A DNA stretch of 6,125 nt from a phage, in the sequence record PZ049726.1. One strand, 5' to 3'. Positions 1 through 5,822 of the stretch are shown piece after piece (position 1 is the stretch's first letter; the number at the start of each line of letters is the position of its first letter). Below the pieces are notes generated by a model. The model was not told the DNA's origin. It saw nothing but the letters and a program-made list of their open reading frames with translations, and made no database searches. The translations under genes were made by a program, and so were the position numbers.

Positions 1-133
1 TTAACTTTGATAAATCCTCTATATCAGACTCCTCTACATCTTCAATAGGTTCTTCTACATCAACCTTTTCAGCTTCTTCTTTTTCTTTTAAAGCTAACTC
101 TCTTCGCCTTCTATTAAATCCAGTTATAGACAT
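1..133 (-). CDS. hypothetical phage protein, N-terminal 44 codons only (continues past window start)
   Basis: ATG at 131-133 on the minus strand, preceded by AAGGAG about 7 nt upstream that overlaps the capsid gene stop. The frame stays open to position 1 and translates MSITGFNRRRRELALKEKEEAEKVDVEEPIEDVEESDIEDLSKL. Function cannot be recognised from this fragment. Confidence 0.4.
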   Translation of the reverse strand, partial: MSITGFNRRRRELALKEKEEAEKVDVEEPIEDVEESDIEDLSKL

Positions 134-144
134 TCAATCGCTCC

Positions 145-1095
145 TTATATTTTGTGTTTAAATGCAACTATTCTTATATTCTTATTCTCGTAAACTCTGT
201 TCCAGTTTGCTTGATTTGCTAACTCAGCATTTGAAGGTGATTTTTTAGCAACAGAAGCATCAGTAAACTTAACACCTCTTGGATGTAGTAAGAAGTGTTG
301 TCTGTTTATTAATATATCTTCTCCAGCTAATGAATCTCTGTCTGTTTCAGTTGGTACAGGAGCAGCTCCATTACCTTCACCTATTGCACCTTGTCCGAAT
401 AAGTATGTAGTATATACATCTCCATCTTTAGGACAACCATCATCAACTATAACTTTTCTTCCTAAGTATGAAGGGAAATCAACAACTCCTTGAGAGTTAG
501 GTATATATTGAATTAAGTTTTGTTTCTCTAGTTCTGCAAATACAGTTGAGTGCATAGCAACTGCAGTTAACTTATCAGATGCATCTCCTAGTTTTGTTTT
601 AGCATCTATAAAAGAAGTTCCATTTATTTTAGCTAAGTCCCCTTCAAGAGAAGATATGTCATGTACGTTTCCACTCATTGTACTCGAAGCAAATACACCT
701 TTTAAAACAGCTAATAATGTTTTTTGTCTCTGTCTTGCCCAATATTCAGCCACTAAATCACCTATAGCTTTCATTGGATCATCACCACTTAAAGCCGTTG
801 CTAAGTCATTAACTGACCACGCTTTACCTCTCATTAATAAAGCAGCAACGTCTTGACCTGCAGTTATTTTACCAGGTGTTAATGCTCCATTATCATCTAA
901 AACTTCATCATCACCATTTAAATCTTTCCAGTATGGCATATTTATTAATCTACCACCTGCTAATGCTAAAGAATCTAATTCTTTGTCCTTAACAATTATT
1001 CCACACTTTACCAATGCAGATAATTCAGCTGTCCTTTCTATAACATAAGGGTTAAATACCTCTGGTACTATTACATCAGCTATCTTTGTTGACAT
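145..1095 (-). CDS. phage major capsid protein
   Basis: 316-aa ORF directly downstream of the scaffolding gene, the canonical position of the major capsid gene. Globular, Gly/Ala/Asp-rich composition typical of capsid proteins. AAGGAG sits 9 nt upstream of the ATG. Family assignment is from position and overall resemblance, not a search. Confidence 0.75.
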   Translation of the reverse strand: MSTKIADVIVPEVFNPYVIERTAELSALVKCGIIVKDKELDSLALAGGRLINMPYWKDLNGDDEVLDDNGALTPGKITAGQDVAALLMRGKAWSVNDLATALSGDDPMKAIGDLVAEYWARQRQKTLLAVLKGVFASSTMSGNVHDISSLEGDLAKINGTSFIDAKTKLGDASDKLTAVAMHSTVFAELEKQNLIQYIPNSQGVVDFPSYLGRKVIVDDGCPKDGDVYTTYLFGQGAIGEGNGAAPVPTETDRDSLAGEDILINRQHFLLHPRGVKFTDASVAKKSPSNAELANQANWNRVYENKNIRIVAFKHKI

Positions 1096-1115
1096 TTAAC
1101 ATCACTCCTTTTAAT

Positions 1116-1730
1116 TTATTTATTATTTTTTAATTGTTCTGCTAGTGTTGGGTTTTCTTTTAAAATCCTTGCTTGCTCTGTAAGATTGAAAGTTTCTTTT
1201 GCCCAAGGATTAGCTACACTTTGTCCTTTTCTTCCGTAATTTCCTACTCCACCAGTATTTTTAGGAGTTAGCTCTTCAAACAAATAACTATCACTTTCTC
1301 TTAAGCCTTTTATTTGACTTTCTAAACCTTCTAACTTTCCATCTTGATATTTTATACTTTCCATATCAAGTAAAGCTTTTATAGCCTTACTATTCTTACA
1401 TTTCGAACTATTCAAGGCATTATCAAGAGCATAATCAAACTCCATAGCTTTTATTTTATTCTCATATTGTTCAGAAGCTTGTTTATTTGTAAGCTGTAAC
1501 TCCTCTATTTGCTTTACTAGAGTTTCATTGTCTTTATTGTTCTTAGATAAATCTTCTAACTGTGTTTTGTAGTCAGTTAATCTATTATCTAACTCTTTTT
1601 TTTGTTCATTCACTTGGTCGAATCTAGCTTTAGGTATAAAGTTTCCATCATCAACCATTATCTTTTTATCACCTAACTTAGATGTCACTTGGTTATAAAG
1701 TTCTTCTCCTAACAATTGTTTTAAATCCAT
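1116..1730 (-). CDS. phage scaffolding protein (GP20-like minor structural protein family)
   Basis: 204-aa ORF. N-terminus MDLKQLLGEELYNQV...KIMVDDGNFIPKARFDQVN and C-terminus NPWAKETFNLTEQARILKENP match my recollection of the GP20 scaffold family. The central region is strongly coiled-coil-like (Lys/Glu/Leu/Gln-rich). It sits immediately upstream of the capsid gene. GGGGGA-type RBS upstream. Confidence 0.75.
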   Translation of the reverse strand: MDLKQLLGEELYNQVTSKLGDKKIMVDDGNFIPKARFDQVNEQKKELDNRLTDYKTQLEDLSKNNKDNETLVKQIEELQLTNKQASEQYENKIKAMEFDYALDNALNSSKCKNSKAIKALLDMESIKYQDGKLEGLESQIKGLRESDSYLFEELTPKNTGGVGNYGRKGQSVANPWAKETFNLTEQARILKENPTLAEQLKNNK

Positions 1731-1743
1731 AATTAAATCCCCC

Positions 1744-2010
1744 TTATTTCAACTTTCCAACTTGATTTTGAAGCATGTATCCTTCTAAATACCACAATCT
1801 ATCTTTAAACCTAGATTTGCATATTTCAGCTCCAAAATCTTCATCGTAGTTAGCTGGATCTACACATGCTGAACTTTCAACTAATGTAAAACCACAAGGT
1901 AATTCCATTACAACAATTGTTATTTTCCCAAACATAGTTGTTACATGAAATTTAGAGTTGTTGTAAATTTCATCTATTTGACTTTGTTTAACTGTTATAT
2001 CAGATTTCAT
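1744..2010 (-). CDS. small phage protein, Gp49 / Sf6 gp66-like (function unknown)
   Basis: 88-aa ORF. The segment LPCGFTLVESSACVDPANYDEDFGAEICKSRFKDRLWYLEGYMLQ fits the pattern I recall for the Phage_gp49_66 family (ACV-P-NFD-EIG ... W-LEGY-L). Start ATG overlaps the upstream stop (TAATG). AGGAGGG RBS lies inside the upstream gene end. Confidence 0.55.
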   Translation of the reverse strand: MKSDITVKQSQIDEIYNNSKFHVTTMFGKITIVVMELPCGFTLVESSACVDPANYDEDFGAEICKSRFKDRLWYLEGYMLQNQVGKLK

Positions 2011-2291
2011 TACTTACACCCTCCTATTTGTATTTTACCTACTTTCACAACAACCTCATTATTTTCATTTAACTCTATTACCGGTTCTTTGTAATGCTCG
2101 AATTCAACTTTAACATTTACAGACTGAATTAACTTTGTTGGTTTGATTTCTTCTGCATCTAACTTTAGAGTTCCAAATTGAGGTATTTTGAAATTTTGAA
2201 TATCTTTAGAAGATATACCTCCATAACCAAAAGATTGCTTGTTCCAATCATCTGTAAGTATTCCTATAACTTGCTTATTAATATTATCCAT
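2010..2291 (-). CDS. hypothetical phage protein (93 aa)
   Basis: ORF with GGAGG 7 nt upstream of the ATG. Its stop overlaps the start of the next gene (TAATG), indicating translational coupling. No recognisable motif. Confidence 0.55.
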   Translation of the reverse strand: MDNINKQVIGILTDDWNKQSFGYGGISSKDIQNFKIPQFGTLKLDAEEIKPTKLIQSVNVKVEFEHYKEPVIELNENNEVVVKVGKIQIGGCK

Positions 2292-2393
2292 AAATCCTCC
2301 ATACGTTTTTTAGTTGTAACGACAACATAGATTAAGCTTAATTTGTTCTTTAACGCCTACAATAGAAGCTAAAAAGGCGCATAAAAAAAGAAC

Positions 2394-2522
2394 TTATAAA
2401 AAGTCCTTACCGTATTCTTTAAACCATTTATCTAGTTTTGCATTACTTTCACCATCTATCCAATTTCTAAGTTCCTCGCCTATTTGGTCGAGTTCTTTTT
2501 CAAGCACTGGTATAGTAGTACA
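2394..2522 (-). pseudogene. relic 3' fragment of a Mu F-like head morphogenesis gene (42 codons plus stop, no start codon)
   Basis: Minus-strand translation CTTIPVLEKELDQIGEELRNWIDGESNAKLDKWFKEYGKDFL* aligns without gaps to the -1-frame tail of the upstream Mu F-like gene (CTTIPVLEKNLDEIGQELKDWVNGKQSPKLDSWFEKYGKYFI*). By hand count that is 26/42 identical residues and about 65% nucleotide identity, with differences concentrated at third codon positions. There is no start codon or RBS of its own. Confidence 0.5.
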
Positions 2523-2532
2523 TATAATAAAA

Positions 2533-2550
2533 GCACCTAATTAAAGGTGC
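2533..2550 (-). terminator. hairpin with downstream U-rich tract, candidate intrinsic terminator of the HNH cassette
   Basis: Perfect inverted repeat GCACCT / AGGTGC (6-bp stem, 6-nt loop). On the minus-strand transcript it is followed by UUUUAUUA. The HNH stop codon (2541-2543) lies in the loop. Confidence 0.35.
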
Positions 2551-3224
2551 ATATCCGATAAATATTTATAAAATTGTTTTCTAGTTGTTTTTTCACCTTT
2601 ATATTTGTTGTGAAATTTATTATGACAACTTACACAAAGAGTTACTCCATTGTCTAAATCTAATCTTAAATCTTTATGAGTATCATAGCTATCCAGATGG
2701 TGTGCCACTAAATTGTATCCATCATCTTTGGTTTTACCACATATCTTGCAAGTATAATCATCTCTTTCTCTAACACTTTTACTCCAAGACTTATATCCAA
2801 ATATTCCACGATTTTCAATTCTATGATTTTCGGATATATTGTTATCATATCTTCCATTGTTTTTACCACTATTAGCTTTAGATATTTTCCTTTTATACTC
2901 TTTCGTCTGCATTACTTTTCTAAGATTATCCCTGCTTTCAGTAGAGTTTAAATAAGTATTGGCTATGTTTTTAGAATTATTTACAAATGCTTCTCTGTCG
3001 GATTTATCTGTATTCTTCCACCAATTATCAAAAGCTTCTTTTCTGCTTCTTGTATTAATTCCTAATTTTCTTAATTGTCTTGATAAATTTCCACTATCAC
3101 AATTAAGTTCTTTAGATATCATAGGTATTGACATTTCTTCATCAATGTAAAGTTTTTTTAATACCTCCGAATATTCCATTCCATATCTTTCTTCAACTTC
3201 GATCATTCTCTTAGATTTTCTCAC
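2541..3224 (-). CDS. HNH family homing endonuclease with N-terminal helix-turn-helix-like region
   Basis: C-terminal HNH motif is directly visible: CKICG ... AHH ... DNG ... CVSCHNKFH (Cys-x2-Cys, His-His, Asn, Cys-x2-Cys-His-x3-His). Preferred start is GTG at 3222-3224, with AGGAGG (3231-3236) 6 nt upstream, giving 227 aa. The ORF-track start at 3263 is also GTG but lies upstream of the predicted -10 box. An in-frame ATG at 3204-3206 is an alternative. Confidence 0.8.
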   Translation of the reverse strand: MRKSKRMIEVEERYGMEYSEVLKKLYIDEEMSIPMISKELNCDSGNLSRQLRKLGINTRSRKEAFDNWWKNTDKSDREAFVNNSKNIANTYLNSTESRDNLRKVMQTKEYKRKISKANSGKNNGRYDNNISENHRIENRGIFGYKSWSKSVRERDDYTCKICGKTKDDGYNLVAHHLDSYDTHKDLRLDLDNGVTLCVSCHNKFHNKYKGEKTTRKQFYKYLSDMHL

Positions 3225-3251
3225 AACAAACCTCCTAATGTTTATACTATA

Positions 3252-3280
3252 ATTATAGTACACAATCCATTAGGATTCAA
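3252..3280 (-). promoter_or_regulatory. sigma-70 / SigA-like promoter for the HNH gene
   Basis: Minus strand reads TTGAAT (3275-3280), a 17-nt spacer, then TATAAT (3252-3257). It starts 3 nt after the -1-frame Mu F stop and lies about 16 nt upstream of the AGGAGG RBS. Confidence 0.45.
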
Positions 3281-3282
3281 GT

Positions 3283-3438
3283 TTAAATAAAGTATTTCCC
3301 ATACTTTTCAAACCAACTATCAAGCTTCGGACTTTGCTTTCCATTAACCCAGTCTTTCAATTCTTGCCCAATTTCATCAAGATTCTTTTCTAGTACGGGT
3401 ATTGTAGTGCAAAGTCCATTCGGGTGTCCAACGGCAAA
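3283..3438 (-). other. C-terminal coding segment of the Mu F-like gene lying in the -1 frame relative to ORF 3390-4220
   Basis: The -1 frame is open for 52 codons (FAVGHPNGLCTTIPVLEKNLDEIGQELKDWVNGKQSPKLDSWFEKYGKYFI*), ending at TAA 3283-3285. It contains an HPN-x-x-C-T motif resembling the HPNCRC-type C-terminus I recall for Mu F / SPP1 gp7 proteins, and its last 42 codons are homologous to the relic at 2394-2522. Confidence 0.55.
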
Positions 3439-4220
3439 TTATTAACTGAATAAACAACTCCATTCCTACTCCTACTCATACACAATTCACAAGTTCTATG
3501 ACTACCTGAAGTAAGCCATTTAATTCCAGCAACAAACGGATTTCTTTGGCAACTTCTCTTCTGTGCTTGTTGAAAAGTATGATTTATTGCAGTACGGGCA
3601 AGTCTTTGAGCGTTATAATCAACTTGGGTAGAAGCTTTACGATATGTAGTCCTCCATTTCAAAGACTTTCTAGCACTAGGATTCAAATACACTTCCAAGT
3701 CCTTAGCAATTTCATACATAGACTTCTTTTCTGCAATTCCTTGAGCTAGAATATAGTCAATATCCTTTTCAAACTTCTTAGTGCATGCCCATATTCTTTT
3801 GCTTAAGCCTAATCTATCTTTGTAAAGCTTCCCAGACATTATTTCATTAACTGCAGCTTGAGGAACTTTAGCAAACATATCTATAAAGGTATCAGCTAAA
3901 TCTAAGCTAAAGGATTTTTTTATATCGAAGAGCATATTTAGTTGAGTTTCGTTGGCTATATTAGCAATCTCTATTAAATCCTTACTTAGTCTCTTATCAA
4001 TAGAATTAGAGAAAGTTGAAATATCTGTTTGTAAGGATTTTAATACACTTCTTACATATCTTTCGGATAAACTATCCTTTGATACTTTTGAAAGCTTCTT
4101 AGATGTATTTAAGTACATTTGCTTATATATATCTTTTATTTCTCTTTGAAGCTTCTTTGTTAGATGTATCTTTTTCTTATTAGCTTCTAGGCATAACTTT
4201 TCGTATTCTGATTTATTCAT
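3390..4220 (-). CDS. phage head morphogenesis protein, Mu F / SPP1 gp7-like (apparently frameshifted near the 3' end)
   Basis: 276-aa ORF immediately downstream of portal. The segment KWLTSGSHRTCELCMSRSRNGVVYSVNNLP fits the W-x-T ... R ... G-x-V pattern of the Mu F family. The expected following motif is found in the -1 frame, so the intact gene probably ran from 4220 to 3283. No strong Shine-Dalgarno; the start follows the upstream stop by 2 nt. Confidence 0.7.
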   Translation of the reverse strand: MNKSEYEKLCLEANKKKIHLTKKLQREIKDIYKQMYLNTSKKLSKVSKDSLSERYVRSVLKSLQTDISTFSNSIDKRLSKDLIEIANIANETQLNMLFDIKKSFSLDLADTFIDMFAKVPQAAVNEIMSGKLYKDRLGLSKRIWACTKKFEKDIDYILAQGIAEKKSMYEIAKDLEVYLNPSARKSLKWRTTYRKASTQVDYNAQRLARTAINHTFQQAQKRSCQRNPFVAGIKWLTSGSHRTCELCMSRSRNGVVYSVNNLPLDTRMDFALQYPY

Positions 4221-4222
4221 AA

Positions 4223-4405
4223 TTATTTTCTGTTTAAATCAACATAAAGAGTTTTCTTTATGTATTTAGCCATCTCTAAATATTGACTTCTTATCTTTTT
4301 ATCTATTCTACTATCTTCTAGCATAGTTACAAAAGCATACATTGATTCTTTGAATTCATCAGTTTGTGTAAGCTTTACTTCTAAATTTATAAAGTTATCT
4401 TCCAT
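4223..4405 (-). CDS. hypothetical small phage protein (60 aa)
   Basis: ORF whose ATG overlaps the portal stop (TAATG) and whose stop lies 2 nt before the Mu F-like start. Packed in the operon; no recognisable motif. Confidence 0.5.
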   Translation of the reverse strand: MEDNFINLEVKLTQTDEFKESMYAFVTMLEDSRIDKKIRSQYLEMAKYIKKTLYVDLNRK

Positions 4406-5811
4406 TACTCAACTACCTCCTCAATCATTCCTATGCTATCTTCTAACATAGTCTTTTCTAATTGTATTTGCTTAAGTTCTTCATCAGCTATTTCATCAGT
4501 AGCATTTACCCACTTCTTAATATAAGTTTTCTTACTCATTGTCTGAGTATTGACTTGTTGCATATCAATAGTTTTTTCAGTATCTTCATCCTCTTGTAAT
4601 GGATATTGATTTTCTACAACTACCTCAAATTCTTCTAAGATAGGTAGCTTAGTTATGTTATAAACCTCTATCATTTCAAGAGTTGCTTTTATCATCCACT
4701 CAAGAGCAGGTCTCCAAGCTTTCATTTTCTCCTCGCACCTAGTAATAAGTTGCCAGTACAAAGCTTTCATAGACTTACCACTTGTCATCATACCTTTTAA
4801 ATCTTGGTTGTTGATTAAAGGTATATTTAAAACCTCATGCATATCAGATTTAATTCTATTAAGTGTGTTTTCCATACGCTCATTATAATTAAAATCAGTT
4901 TCTACAGTTCCTATTTGTGCTTGTTTTCCTTCACTTGCTGTTTGGTCAGTTGCTACATCCCAATATGCTCCTGGTTTTATTTTGAAATGTTTAGATGCAT
5001 CGGGATCTACATCTGTTCCATAGATAATCCTATTCATTCCTTTTCTAAGAGCATCTATATCCTCACTAGATAGTTTATTGTAAGCAACAGCATTGTCGCA
5101 TAGTTCTTCAACATCACTTTCTCCCTTTAAGTCTCCAGAAAGTCCATCATTTAATATTACATATGCTGGTATACCTGTGAGCTTTAAGTCAACATCTTTT
5201 GAAATAATTTCAATAGGAGTTCCATATCCATCGTATATACCTTCATTGAGAATACATTTGTCTTTAACCATTTCGTATTTCTGTTTCCATATCCTCTGTT
5301 CATTCTTAGTTTCTGCTTGGTTAAGTTGATAGAAGAATATAATCTTTCGTAGTTCATCTACTCTATCATCAAAAGGCTCATACACAAACTCTAAGCTAGG
5401 CACAAACATTATTCTTATTGTCTTAGTTATTGTATCTGCATGAAGCTTAATAGCAACTCTTTTACCTATGAAACAATCTCTAGCTGCTTTAATAAGTTTA
5501 TCTTCAAATAAGTTCTTTTTTAGAAGTTTTTTAATGTATTTATTTATTTCTTCTGCTTGATCCTTTAATGTATCATCGTCAACTGCAATTGAGAATGTTG
5601 GAGCTTTACCAAATAGGAATCTAGCTTCTTCTTTAATAAGCTTCTTTATATAGTTGACCTTCTTTTTAGTTGGAACATAATCCTCTTCATCAACTACCCA
5701 ATCTTGACCTGGCCCCTCATAAATATCATAAAGGTTTATAATATCACTATGTTCTTTAATTATCTCACTCCCGTAAAGTCCTTCAAGTTCAGATTTTATT
5801 ATATTTATCAT
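4405..5811 (-). CDS. phage portal protein (SPP1 gp6-like)
   Basis: 468-aa ORF directly downstream of the terminase large subunit C-terminus. Size, position and acidic C-terminal tail are typical of SPP1-type portals. AGGAGGTGA RBS lies 4 nt upstream of the ATG. Confidence 0.75.
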   Translation of the reverse strand: MINIIKSELEGLYGSEIIKEHSDIINLYDIYEGPGQDWVVDEEDYVPTKKKVNYIKKLIKEEARFLFGKAPTFSIAVDDDTLKDQAEEINKYIKKLLKKNLFEDKLIKAARDCFIGKRVAIKLHADTITKTIRIMFVPSLEFVYEPFDDRVDELRKIIFFYQLNQAETKNEQRIWKQKYEMVKDKCILNEGIYDGYGTPIEIISKDVDLKLTGIPAYVILNDGLSGDLKGESDVEELCDNAVAYNKLSSEDIDALRKGMNRIIYGTDVDPDASKHFKIKPGAYWDVATDQTASEGKQAQIGTVETDFNYNERMENTLNRIKSDMHEVLNIPLINNQDLKGMMTSGKSMKALYWQLITRCEEKMKAWRPALEWMIKATLEMIEVYNITKLPILEEFEVVVENQYPLQEDEDTEKTIDMQQVNTQTMSKKTYIKKWVNATDEIADEELKQIQLEKTMLEDSIGMIEEVVE

Positions 5812-5822
5812 AATCTCACCTC

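Larger units (their letters stand above)
2523..3411 (-). mobile_element. putative 889-bp HNH homing-endonuclease insertion cassette (boundaries defined by the flanking direct repeat)
   Basis: The segment between equivalent points of the two 129-nt Mu F-tail copies contains a promoter, RBS, HNH ORF and hairpin. Deleting either 2523-3411 or 2394-3282 would leave a single continuous Mu F 3' end. Which repeat copy belongs to the insert is ambiguous. Confidence 0.4.

Noticed and set aside
2305-2327. Inverted repeat GTTGT-AACG-ACAAC next to a T6 run, considered as a terminator
   Set aside because: On the plus strand the T-run precedes the hairpin, and on the minus strand the hairpin is followed by A residues. 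Neither orientation gives a hairpin followed by a U-tract, and the stem is only 5 bp.
2394-3438. Intein interpretation of the HNH insertion (the downstream copy begins with Cys, as a C-extein would)
   Set aside because: In-frame stop codons occur at 3283-3285 and 2541-2543 inside the would-be intein. The HNH gene has its own promoter, RBS and start, and there is no His-Asn immediately before the Cys.
2523-3438. Group I intron carrying the HNH gene, splicing the Mu F gene to the downstream tail
   Set aside because: The would-be intron 5' region is itself a protein-level homologue of the would-be exon 2, which points to a duplicated gene end rather than intron RNA. The downstream copy lacks the HPN part of the motif, so splicing would not restore a complete protein. 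Only about 20 nt would remain after the ORF for the intron core. I cannot fold RNA here, so this is not fully excluded.
3427-3440. Programmed -1 ribosomal frameshift in the Mu F-like gene
   Set aside because: No slippery heptamer of the X-XXY-YYZ type at the required position, and no obvious downstream pseudoknot; a single-base indel is the simpler explanation.
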